The notes under the pieces: generated by a model
What the model was told of the DNA's origin: nothing
The model's database searches: none
Seen by the model: the letters and a program-made list of their open reading frames with translations, nothing else
Made by a program: the position numbers and the translations under genes
Shown: piece after piece, positions 33,671 through 42,696 of the stretch
How the letters are laid out: each line of letters starts with the position of its first letter
How positions within the stretch are numbered: the stretch's first letter is position 1
IMG/VR virus record: IMGVR_UViG_3300027969_000040
Direction: 5' to 3' (one strand)
DNA length: 64,000 bases
Origin: a virus
Lineage: Duplodnaviria > Caudoviricetes

Positions 33671-36331
33671 TTATTCGAACGTGAATAATTGATCAAATGT
33701 AGTTTTTGTTCCGGTATTGTCTCTAATGTCCCAATCCAGAACTCCTAATAAGTTATCAACCTTTTGGTCAACAATAGTTGCTTCCATTAGGTCGTTATCA
33801 AATGGTAAGTCTTTAAACCATTGTGGTATGTGAGTTTCGTCAGTTGGATAGCCAACAGATGTAAATCCTAATGGATTTGCTTTTAGTTTACAAACAATAG
33901 TTTTCATTCCGTCGATTATGCTCATACTGCGATTGTCGCTATTCATACGCCTCAACGAATTCCAATTGATTGCTGCACGAACATGCCCTGGCATATTAGA
34001 TCTACCTTTACGTTCTTCAAGTTCGGCAAACTTAGTTAAGTTGTTTACACGTTTAGGTGTACCTTTCTCCCAGGCTGGCCGCTCTTGAAAACTCAATTTA
34101 AAAGTTAACACACGTTGGTAGATTTCTTTCTTCTCGGCACCTGTTAGTACTGCTAATAATAGTTCACTTAAAAAGTCTTGTACAACCTTAGGAGTATCAC
34201 TACGCTTTAAGTCCAACCCCATTGCCTTTACCTTGCCTAACTTACCATTGACATTCTGTTTGTTTCCTTCAAGGTCGACAATAAGAACTGCATAGCGTTT
34301 CTTTTTAATAAACAACCCTTTACTAGCTACTAGCTCTCGGCCGCCAACAATAATACTGCCCATTTCTCTTGGACAATGGAATGCTCTTTCCATGAACCCC
34401 GGGAAACTGGTATTAACTTGATTGGCGATGTTATCGTACAGCTCGATGCACATTTCTTCAGTCCACTTCATATTACCAGCAGCAACGTCATCCTTGATAA
34501 CTGGCCACGCTGAGAAATAAACTGAGTCTGTGTCACCGTAAATAATAGAGTCACCTGTATGATCGTACTTGCCTGTTATGCATTCATTGGTATGTGCATC
34601 CATATGTCTAGCAATAACACGCCCAGTTAAGGTGGTCGATTGGCCAATTCGCTTATCAAAAAACCTACAGCCAGGATTAAGAATAGCACCGTACAAGCTG
34701 TTGAGATTAATCTTTTTAACCAGCTGACGTTTGTCCCAGAATGCTTTATCTTCATTTGTTTTAGCTTCCTTCTTCTTAGCCTGAAGTTCTTTACGCTCTG
34801 CATACCAACGTTCCAGTAATCCGGGCACAATACCTTTAGCATCGTACTTAAAGATAGTACCATTGGCACTAAGTATCCAAGGTTGATTGCCTTCGAATAC
34901 TAAACGCCAAACATCAGCGGCAGACATAGTATCATTACCGCCGCCCTCCCAGTCAATGGTTATGTCTGTGCCAGGCTCCATATTCATTACACTGGTATAT
35001 TCTAAGCTACCAAACAAGTTTTCCCAGGCGTCTGCAAAACTTGAACCTGCATCCATCTTTTCTTTTATGTATTGATCGGTCCTTGTTTGTCTGAGCTGTC
35101 CGACAATAGTCTCACATGCCATGTTGAGGGCACGAATAGCCGAGGGATAGAGCGAGTTGATGTCGATTGCTCCAATCCATTCGTGCATACCCTTTTTGGG
35201 GTAAGCAACGTAGGCACCTGCTGCTTGCGTTTCACCTTGTTCATCTTGATTACTCCTATTTTGAACTATTAAACCTTGACGATGTGCTTCATTAATAATG
35301 GCTTGTTCGGTAACAGCCACAGCCCCCATAGTAGTAGGAAGCAATACAGTATTGTCGTGTGCCAATTCGTTGGCAAGATCAATAAAGCGAAGTTTCTTAT
35401 CCAACTTGGCCAACAACATGGTGTCTTGCCTGTTGTAGTCAATAAATTTAGGAAAATCTTTATTGTATAATTGATCCAATGTACCTTCGTACTGGAGTTT
35501 GCGTTCTTCAAGTTCGTACTCGCCGATAGCATCTAAGCTGTAGCTATGACGTTCTTCATATGTGTATTTGCGATACAGTTGCATATAGTCCATATGCACA
35601 CGACCAATCAAGTCGAATGTGATGTTTTCAGCACCAAAACGTTCAAAGGTTCTCTTTTTAGGAAATTGATTCCATAAGCAATAACGACGGGTATCGTCTT
35701 TGCTGAGTACTTTGATAGTACGCATTACCATATACGGAACGTCAAAGCCCTCTGAGTTCCACCCGCTTAGTATGTCTGCATCCTCAATGAGGTCAAGGAA
35801 TGTTTTAATCATATCATCTTCGCGAGCAAAGATAAAACAATTATCAAACTGACTGGCTACTTCTTGTGCAGTATCCCAGCTATAGCTTTTTGGTGGTACT
35901 GCTAGTGTAATCAATTTATCAAGCCAAGACAAGTAAACTGAAATTGCAGTAATGGGATTAAATGGATCTTCGGGTCTGCTGTACCCGCGCACAGGATCAA
36001 AGTCCACCTCAATATCAAAAAAGCAAATGTTCAAATTAGGTGCATCCTTACCTAAATAGTTTTCTTCTAAACATCTTACCAATGGTTTAATGTCAGATTC
36101 CCACAGTTTATTTTTTGGATGTATTTTAATTTCTTTATAGAACTCTTTGCCGTTACGAGTACTAAACCTGCTGACAGGCGTACCGTATATGGTTGTAAAT
36201 TTACCTCTAGGGTCGTCGTAGTAGAATAGATAGTTAGCAGGATATTCTTGATATACCCTGCGACCTTCTACTCGTTCTACTACATGAATCCTGTCGTTCT
36301 CTTTATCAAAAAGTGCGTCAACATAACTCAT
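33671..36331 (-). CDS. polB: Family B DNA polymerase with 3'-5' exonuclease
   Basis: FDIE, SGWNSEGFD, YNRQD exonuclease motifs; DINSLYPS, KINLNSLYG, YGDTDS and KKRY polymerase motifs. Confidence 0.97.
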   Translation of the reverse strand: MSYVDALFDKENDRIHVVERVEGRRVYQEYPANYLFYYDDPRGKFTTIYGTPVSRFSTRNGKEFYKEIKIHPKNKLWESDIKPLVRCLEENYLGKDAPNLNICFFDIEVDFDPVRGYSRPEDPFNPITAISVYLSWLDKLITLAVPPKSYSWDTAQEVASQFDNCFIFAREDDMIKTFLDLIEDADILSGWNSEGFDVPYMVMRTIKVLSKDDTRRYCLWNQFPKKRTFERFGAENITFDLIGRVHMDYMQLYRKYTYEERHSYSLDAIGEYELEERKLQYEGTLDQLYNKDFPKFIDYNRQDTMLLAKLDKKLRFIDLANELAHDNTVLLPTTMGAVAVTEQAIINEAHRQGLIVQNRSNQDEQGETQAAGAYVAYPKKGMHEWIGAIDINSLYPSAIRALNMACETIVGQLRQTRTDQYIKEKMDAGSSFADAWENLFGSLEYTSVMNMEPGTDITIDWEGGGNDTMSAADVWRLVFEGNQPWILSANGTIFKYDAKGIVPGLLERWYAERKELQAKKKEAKTNEDKAFWDKRQLVKKINLNSLYGAILNPGCRFFDKRIGQSTTLTGRVIARHMDAHTNECITGKYDHTGDSIIYGDTDSVYFSAWPVIKDDVAAGNMKWTEEMCIELYDNIANQVNTSFPGFMERAFHCPREMGSIIVGGRELVASKGLFIKKKRYAVLIVDLEGNKQNVNGKLGKVKAMGLDLKRSDTPKVVQDFLSELLLAVLTGAEKKEIYQRVLTFKLSFQERPAWEKGTPKRVNNLTKFAELEERKGRSNMPGHVRAAINWNSLRRMNSDNRSMSIIDGMKTIVCKLKANPLGFTSVGYPTDETHIPQWFKDLPFDNDLMEATIVDQKVDNLLGVLDWDIRDNTGTKTTFDQLFTFE

Positions 36332-36618
36332 TGTGTAAGCATCCTTGTTAATCCTATACTATCAATTGTAATCAGCAGTGAGTAGTTTGCCAGCATGCCA
36401 AAAGATCTACGGCTATAACTAGCCCACCCATACATACAACACTGAATAATAAAAACAGGATAAATGTAAATAAGAGGCGGATTGGGTACTGTGAGTGCCA
36501 TAGTGATACTGCATCCAATTGAAATAACCCAAGCCGCAGCTTCAACGATAAAACGAACAGGGTTAGTTTTATAGTCGTTTTTGATCCACGTAAAAACATT
36601 ACGGATACTGTCGTTCAA
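36328..36618 (-). CDS. Small membrane protein
   Basis: Three hydrophobic segments. Confidence 0.6.
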   Translation of the reverse strand: MNDSIRNVFTWIKNDYKTNPVRFIVEAAAWVISIGCSITMALTVPNPPLIYIYPVFIIQCCMYGWASYSRRSFGMLANYSLLITIDSIGLTRMLTQ

Positions 36619-36878
36619 AGTGTCTTGCCTACAGTTTCCAATATAGTATTTAGATCGTCGTGATCGCGATTGGTCTCGCCTAGTTTACTCTTGCTGGCTA
36701 TCTTAATTGCTTTTTTAAGAATAGCAGGCTTAACTTCAAGTTCTTCAGCAATTGCTTTGATGGTTTCGTTGAGCCCTGTGCTTAGTGCTTCAACTTCGGC
36801 CATTACTTGCATGCCTTCATTGATAATTTGTGTTAGTTTAATTTTTTGATCGCCGCTAAACATACGTGATGATGACAT
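36615..36878 (-). CDS. dsDNA-binding protein (T4 DsbA / GapR-like)
   Basis: KLTQIINEG...IKAIAEELEVKPAILKKAIKI helical pattern. Confidence 0.6.
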   Translation of the reverse strand: MSSSRMFSGDQKIKLTQIINEGMQVMAEVEALSTGLNETIKAIAEELEVKPAILKKAIKIASKSKLGETNRDHDDLNTILETVGKTL

Positions 36879-36906
36879 AAAGATCCTTTATAGTGAATTA
36901 TAGTTA

Positions 36907-36935
36907 ATTATAGATTACTTATTTCACAAAAGCAA
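36907..36935 (-). promoter_or_regulatory. sigma70-type promoter TTGCTT-N17-TATAAT for the replication operon
   Basis: Read directly on the minus strand. Confidence 0.6.
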
Positions 36936-36945
36936 GTGTTTAGAT

Positions 36946-37050
36946 AAAAAAAGTGCTCACTTTCGAGATTCCCGGTAGCGAATCGGGCCGTCCCGCGCCA
37001 GCAGCCGGCGCACACTTAATATAACGCAAAGGTCCTAAGATAGTGTGTTC
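36946..37050. ncRNA. GC-rich structured intergenic element (unidentified ncRNA candidate)
   Basis: Stems CCCG/CGGG, GCGCC/GGCGC and ACAC/GTGT, possible pseudoknot pairings and an adjacent terminator-like hairpin; no ORF. Confidence 0.4.
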
Positions 37051-37053
37051 GTA

Positions 37054-37449
37054 TTAACCGTTAATGTAATTTGGATATGCTTTATTAAACTTACGCATAA
37101 TAATGCCAGCTACGCTATTAGCTTCGTTTTCTTCATTGCTACCAGTTTCGCCACTGTTAGCATTGAGTTGATTTTCTTGATGTTGTTTAAAATGAACAAG
37201 TTCGTGTGCCAGTGTTCTACAAATATCAATTGGATGTCTGCGATCTATACCCAAACTAATGGTCATATCTGATGGGGAAAAACTACCAAATGTAGGCTGC
37301 TCTTGTTGATTCATTGATTTGAAAATGTTAATTTCGGGTAAGTTAGTTAGTCCTAGTTCTTCCATGGCCAATGGAAGTAAATCCTTTATTGCACTGTATA
37401 CAACTTGGTAGGATTCCTTTGATTCAACTAGGAATTCAACAGCTCTCAT
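37054..37449 (-). CDS. Zincin-like metallopeptidase domain protein, probably virion core
   Basis: MRAVEFLVE start; RTLAHELVHFKQ (HExxH) with downstream ENEAN third ligand. Confidence 0.7.
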   Translation of the reverse strand: MRAVEFLVESKESYQVVYSAIKDLLPLAMEELGLTNLPEINIFKSMNQQEQPTFGSFSPSDMTISLGIDRRHPIDICRTLAHELVHFKQHQENQLNANSGETGSNEENEANSVAGIIMRKFNKAYPNYING

Positions 37450-40400
37450 TATTCTTGATCTCGCCAACGTTTCTCTGCAGAGTCCCAATATCTTCCACCA
37501 ACTACATTTTTGGTTTCTGTTTTAGATTCTTCATATGGTTGCTCTTGTGTATCAGGCTCATTGGTAGCCGGTACAACTTGATCGTAGTCTTTCATGGTCA
37601 GAGTATTACCATTACTACTTAGATTTACTAGTTTTTCTGCCACATCGTGCAAATCTAAGTCAGTTTTTGCATCTTCTCTAGCAAATTCCATTACACGCAA
37701 TAGCATAGGAACATCCATGGTGACAGTATCAGTTGGGTTAGATGATGCTTCTTCGTCTAAGTTTATTAATTTTAGATAGTGGCGCTGTAGATATTCTTTA
37801 GCCCATTTTGCATCATCAAATAATGGACCAACACGTACACCTGAATGATTTAACACTTCAAATCTTTCGCCCTTGCTACCGTCCGGTCTCATGATATTAA
37901 CTTTACGTACACGCGGTCTGCCAGATTTAATTTCTTCGCCCTCAGGAATCATACCATTGCGGGCACTGTCTTCTAATTCTAAGTATGCAGCCTTGGCTTT
38001 TTGATAGTTGGTCTCGTCACCAATTTTATCGTAATGTTGCATCAGGTCGTGCAGTCGATCTGCTTCTTTAATATAATCGCGCATGCTCATTTTAGCAGGT
38101 TCGGCAGATTCGTTTTTATCTTGCCACCAGTAATTACCGTTAACAGGTTTTGATTTAGGCAACGATGGTGTTTTATTCAACATACGGCTACGTGCAGCTA
38201 GCGCCATTTTTTTTAATGTTTCTGGATCTTTGCCACTTAGATTAGGATGAGTGGAAGACTGGAAACGTTTAATCCATGTGTCTGGGGAATCGTTTGCAGT
38301 TAGTTTACCTTCGTCTATTTGTTGTGCTAGTATGCGTTCGACTTGTTTAATCCAGCTATTTAAATTATTCGATTCAATACCTTGTGCATTGTTTCCAACC
38401 ATGCCTGCAACAGAATTAATAGCATCACTTACACGATCAGACCCATATTTTAGTAAATCTGGTCGTTTTTCTGTAATGCCCTTAACAATGGCACTTATAA
38501 CAGAACTATTCGATACGCCCTCCGCCACACCTTGCTCTTTAACCAAACGTAATGCTGTAGCAGGTAGATTGTTGGCTTGCCCGCCATCGTCTAGGTCAAT
38601 GTAATAGGTTTTTGGGGCACCTTTAAAGGCACCGTGCTTAATTTCTCTAATCCAACCGGTCTTACCAGCGTGTTCGCCTTTGACAACTTTTACCTTCTTG
38701 GCTAGCCCCTTGCCTTCCGCCACACCTTGCTTGTCAATACTTCCCCGTATACCGCATTTAGCACAATGATATTGTGTTAGCGTTGGGTGTTCTTTTTTCT
38801 TTACAGGACCATGGCAATGTGGGCAGGTACCTGTGGCCATTGCCTTGACTTCTTTACTCATATCTTCTTCGGAGCCTTCCGCCACACCTTCATTAGGTTT
38901 ACAGTTGCGAACCTGGCCGCCATTCTTACCTTTCTTAGTACCTACTGCATGTTTGCCTGGCCAGCAACGAGTAAATCCGTTGCTATCTTTGGCACCTTTC
39001 TTAATCTCATTCAAGTTGCCGTGTGTTTGACACATGCCGCAGTCTTCACACACCATTTCCATCTCTACTGATTCGTTGTGTTTTTTCTTGCCAGCACAAT
39101 GTGCTCGTTGGCTGAACCCTTTGGGGTGACTACAGTTGATACTGTTCTTGTATTTTTGGCTCCACTCCTCTGCCACACCTTGTGCCGGTGCTTGAGGTTT
39201 AGATTGATTTTTTTGTACCCATTGCATTACTTGAGTTTTTAGTTGTAATGGAACTGTATCTTGTTTACCGTTTACAAAATCTACTACATCTATAGTTCTG
39301 TTACCAAATGGGCCTTCGCCAGCGGAGTTAGTGCCTACAATACCTTGTGCATTTTGTCCAGCCGTACCTAAGTCTGGATCAGACCCTTTTGCTAAAAATT
39401 TATCAAGTCCTAATGTACTAGCAGTATTAGGTGGCACCCAAGACATTGATGTAAAAGTTACATTGTCGTATGCTGTATGCCCGCCCAATCCTTCACTTCC
39501 TCTATAATCTGCTTTAATATAATTACCGTCGGCCATTTTGAAATAAACTGTGCGAGGTGCAAACATATCTAATTCATTCAATTGATCCTTTGCTACACTG
39601 TGCTCGCCGGTACCTATATAGTGATGGTCGTGTACTTTATAACCTTTTTTGCGATAGTGAGCAATGGCAGATTTAATTGCCTTATCACGATTGTCGCTAG
39701 TTACCTTCACAGTTTTTTGTATAGTTTCTTTACGTTTGCTAACCATTGCGTGATTAGGGTCTGTAACAGTTAAACTAATACGATGTACAGATTTTGTGCT
39801 TTCGTCAACTTGATCTCCGTTGCCAACTAATCTAATTAGATGCCCTTGTTTAAAATATGTTGGGTGATACATTACTACATTAAAGGTACTATCGTTGTTA
39901 TAGGAAATCTTTACATCACCTCCAGCAGCAACAATCTTACTTTTTATATCTTTTGTTGCTTGTGCATTTTTATTGGGCCCATACATAGCATTAGCCATTT
40001 GGTCTGCTAATTGTAATAGATATTGTTTCTCGTCTCCGCCACCTTCATCTGGTGCAAACTCTTTTAATTTTCTTTGAGCATCAATTTGTGCCAATTGCTT
40101 TCTAGCAGACTGATCTCCGGAGTGGGCGCGATCTATTAGCTTTGCCATGTCAGCTTTTAATTTGGCTATTTTATTATCGATTGAATTAATATTACCTTTG
40201 ACAACGTCATCTGGTACTGCGACTTTTGCACTGCCTGGGAAGTCTCTAAATTCGCCTTCGTTCATTACTCTGCTACTTAAATCGTTAATTTGAATTTCAA
40301 GATTTGCAATTTGTTTTTGATCTTTAACTTTAACTGGATATGGTTTTCCATTCCACTCAAACTGTTGCGCACCTTGTTTAGCGGCTGCAAGATGTGCTTT

Positions 40401-41159
40401 TGCAAAAGCCAATGCTTCCTCTGTTGTACCAAATACTTTACTGGCTAGCCATTTAAGAGTTTTGTAAGTTATTACTCCACCTAATACTGCCATTGCTCCT
40501 GTCAGCAATCCTGCACCTAGTGCCGGAGCAAATAAAGCAATACCCCCGCCAGAGCTTGCCATAGTAACACCAGCAGTGGAACCAGTTAATCCTGCCCCTA
40601 CACCAACCCCTAATGCTTTGTTTAACTCGGTGTCGTGCATAAACGAATCTGCATTTCTGAGTTTATTTCCTAGTTCACTTCCCGGAAATAATGCTTCGTT
40701 TACTTCAGACTCGTTCTTAACAAGTCCCATATCTTCAAGGTACTCAACTGCCTTTAATAAATTGGGTGTTGTTTTTTCTGTAGTCTTACCGTTATGTGTA
40801 ATTCTTAATACATTTGTATCGCCGTCGGTACTGATAGTAGCAGTAACTTCTGAATTATCTGGATCTATGTAACTTAATATTTCTTTAAATTTATCTTCTA
40901 TAGTTTCTTTTTCTTTTTTATCAGCGTAAGTTCCGTTTTTACCTCTGATTAAATTGTGTACTTTGCCTTCTTTGTCGGTTCTGGTCATTGCGGCAGGTTT
41001 AAGGAATGCAGCATCGTATGCAACAGCCGTTCCGAATTTCTTTTCCAATGTGGAAAGGTCGTATGCTTTTGCTTCTTTGTCTTCGGTTTGAATTGTTTTA
41101 TTTTTAATCTGACCTAAAAATTCACGATCGTCATCGCTGAACATATCTAATACATACAT
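37449..41159 (-). CDS. Large modular internal head protein / polyprotein (1236 aa)
   Basis: Mosaic of short modules separated by recurring (V/L/I)-x-E sites (VNE, MNE, LKE, LNE, four GVAE); contains Cys-rich, Zn-ribbon and KOW-like modules. Confidence 0.6.
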   Translation of the reverse strand: MYVLDMFSDDDREFLGQIKNKTIQTEDKEAKAYDLSTLEKKFGTAVAYDAAFLKPAAMTRTDKEGKVHNLIRGKNGTYADKKEKETIEDKFKEILSYIDPDNSEVTATISTDGDTNVLRITHNGKTTEKTTPNLLKAVEYLEDMGLVKNESEVNEALFPGSELGNKLRNADSFMHDTELNKALGVGVGAGLTGSTAGVTMASSGGGIALFAPALGAGLLTGAMAVLGGVITYKTLKWLASKVFGTTEEALAFAKAHLAAAKQGAQQFEWNGKPYPVKVKDQKQIANLEIQINDLSSRVMNEGEFRDFPGSAKVAVPDDVVKGNINSIDNKIAKLKADMAKLIDRAHSGDQSARKQLAQIDAQRKLKEFAPDEGGGDEKQYLLQLADQMANAMYGPNKNAQATKDIKSKIVAAGGDVKISYNNDSTFNVVMYHPTYFKQGHLIRLVGNGDQVDESTKSVHRISLTVTDPNHAMVSKRKETIQKTVKVTSDNRDKAIKSAIAHYRKKGYKVHDHHYIGTGEHSVAKDQLNELDMFAPRTVYFKMADGNYIKADYRGSEGLGGHTAYDNVTFTSMSWVPPNTASTLGLDKFLAKGSDPDLGTAGQNAQGIVGTNSAGEGPFGNRTIDVVDFVNGKQDTVPLQLKTQVMQWVQKNQSKPQAPAQGVAEEWSQKYKNSINCSHPKGFSQRAHCAGKKKHNESVEMEMVCEDCGMCQTHGNLNEIKKGAKDSNGFTRCWPGKHAVGTKKGKNGGQVRNCKPNEGVAEGSEEDMSKEVKAMATGTCPHCHGPVKKKEHPTLTQYHCAKCGIRGSIDKQGVAEGKGLAKKVKVVKGEHAGKTGWIREIKHGAFKGAPKTYYIDLDDGGQANNLPATALRLVKEQGVAEGVSNSSVISAIVKGITEKRPDLLKYGSDRVSDAINSVAGMVGNNAQGIESNNLNSWIKQVERILAQQIDEGKLTANDSPDTWIKRFQSSTHPNLSGKDPETLKKMALAARSRMLNKTPSLPKSKPVNGNYWWQDKNESAEPAKMSMRDYIKEADRLHDLMQHYDKIGDETNYQKAKAAYLELEDSARNGMIPEGEEIKSGRPRVRKVNIMRPDGSKGERFEVLNHSGVRVGPLFDDAKWAKEYLQRHYLKLINLDEEASSNPTDTVTMDVPMLLRVMEFAREDAKTDLDLHDVAEKLVNLSSNGNTLTMKDYDQVVPATNEPDTQEQPYEESKTETKNVVGGRYWDSAEKRWRDQE
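38521..39181 (-). repeat. Four dispersed copies of about 15-bp AAGGTGTGGC[GA]GA encoding [QE]GVAE[GE]
   Basis: Copies near 38521, 38713, 38876 and 39168, with unrelated spacers. Confidence 0.85.
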
Positions 41160-41160
41160 A

Positions 41161-41700
41161 TTAACCTCCCTGCCCTGACATATTTTGTTTTACTGTGTTT
41201 GTAAGTGTCCCCAATTGGCTTGACGATAAGCCAGCATTGGCTAACATCTGTGCCATTGCTGCTAATCCTTGTGGATTAATTGGCGGTGTTGGTTTTGGTG
41301 TTTGCCCCGGCGTAGAACCAACTGTTGTTGTTTTTGGTGCAGTGTTGGCCGCAGTAGTAGGCGGTGTAGTCTGACCAGCAGATGTAGTTGGTGCAGCTTG
41401 CCCTGCAGATGCAGACGGTGTAGTTTGAGCTTGCCCTGCAGATTGCCCTACAGTTCCGACTACACCTACTTCGTTTATACTTCTTACATATTTTTGGTCT
41501 TTAAAATATTCAACCAATGAATCAACACTATCGTGATAATCGATTCCTGATTCAAGCAAATCATTTACAGATTGTTTAATGAAATGTCTTTCATTCTCAG
41601 TTATACCGCCGTATACATTTTTATCTTCAACGATATCGTTTACACGTACCAGGCCTTCTACAATCCTGTTTAATAGTGTTGATGAAATAGAGTCAATCAT
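41161..41700 (-). CDS. Hypothetical internal head protein with Ala/Thr/Pro-rich tail
   Basis: 179 aa; IVE, ITE and INE sites; low-complexity C-terminal half. Confidence 0.55.
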   Translation of the reverse strand: MIDSISSTLLNRIVEGLVRVNDIVEDKNVYGGITENERHFIKQSVNDLLESGIDYHDSVDSLVEYFKDQKYVRSINEVGVVGTVGQSAGQAQTTPSASAGQAAPTTSAGQTTPPTTAANTAPKTTTVGSTPGQTPKPTPPINPQGLAAMAQMLANAGLSSSQLGTLTNTVKQNMSGQGG

Positions 41701-42659
41701 TTGCTGGTCCTTGACTTGGGACGGCCACCAAACAATTCACCTGCTTGTTGTCCACCCATATTAGTTGCCATACCACCACTTGAACTAGCACCTGCCGTTG
41801 ATTCAAATTCTGCATCTGGCGCATCTACATCGCCTATTTTACTAGAGTTCATTGTGATGCCTTTATATTTAATTTTTAGATTAGAATACATGTTACCACG
41901 TTGTCTTAAAAAATTACTTAACCATTTGTCGGCCTGTATAATAACTTGTTTTGGTGCGCCTCCCCAATTATATTTTTCTATCATTGGTGTTAGATCAAAT
42001 TCCTTATACTCACCACCCATTAGCATAGATGCCATTAATTTATTTGGATCGGTCTGATCGGCTGCTTTTGCTAACCCAGGTGCTGCTGCTACTGCTGCGG
42101 CTGCACCAGCGCGCCCAAGGAATCCTCTACGGTTCATATCAGCTTCCGTCACACTTTGCTGACCTAATACAGGACCAACTTGAATACCTTTGCTTGCTAG
42201 TAAATCTTTAATACGACCGGCTCTGTTACTAGCGGCTTCATACTCTTGCTGTGTTTTGGCATTTTTTACAGCCATGACTGCTTGTTGGTATTGTTGTTTC
42301 CACTCATTAGCACCGGGTGTTTTGATAGAGGAGCCGTCTGGATAATCGCCTTCCTCTACAATGCCAAGAGTATTCATGTTCTCGTCGGCAACTTTGTTCT
42401 CCATATGAGAACCTAATTCGTATTCTAACCATTCTTTTACATTACGTAAGTAATCATTCGCCAAAGTTATCTTTTCGCTTGCCCACCCCGGTATACCATC
42501 TTCCTCGCTGATTTTTTTAAGCATTCTATGCAGTTCCATGGCATTTGATGCAGAATGATAACATTCTTCTCTGGCCATTTGTACTTCGTGGTCCATATGC
42601 ATAGACTCAGCTGCTTGGACAATTGGGTGTTTTTCGGGTATAAAATCTATAGGTTTCAT
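41697..42659 (-). CDS. Modular internal head protein containing an internal Tat signal peptide
   Basis: DHEVQMA...WASEKITLANDYL module; VTE-AD-MNRRGFLGRAGAAAAVAAAPGLAKA; upstream TAAATA at 42682-42687. Confidence 0.65.
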   Translation of the reverse strand: MKPIDFIPEKHPIVQAAESMHMDHEVQMAREECYHSASNAMELHRMLKKISEEDGIPGWASEKITLANDYLRNVKEWLEYELGSHMENKVADENMNTLGIVEEGDYPDGSSIKTPGANEWKQQYQQAVMAVKNAKTQQEYEAASNRAGRIKDLLASKGIQVGPVLGQQSVTEADMNRRGFLGRAGAAAAVAAAPGLAKAADQTDPNKLMASMLMGGEYKEFDLTPMIEKYNWGGAPKQVIIQADKWLSNFLRQRGNMYSNLKIKYKGITMNSSKIGDVDAPDAEFESTAGASSSGGMATNMGGQQAGELFGGRPKSRTSK

Positions 42660-42696
42660 AGTAGTAAATTGGTTAGTAATGTATTTATGTTACAGT

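Noticed and set aside
36960-37045. tRNA or twister ribozyme (GATTCG and GGTCCTAAG sub-motifs)
   Set aside because: No cloverleaf with acceptor stem and anticodon arm; the twister-like loop lacks the following GC and the 3' GGG needed for its pseudoknots. Kept only as an unidentified structured RNA.
38521-39181. CRISPR-like array (short repeats with unique spacers)
   Set aside because: The repeats are only about 15 bp, in frame inside a long ORF, with spacers of 150-350 bp, no palindrome and no cas genes.
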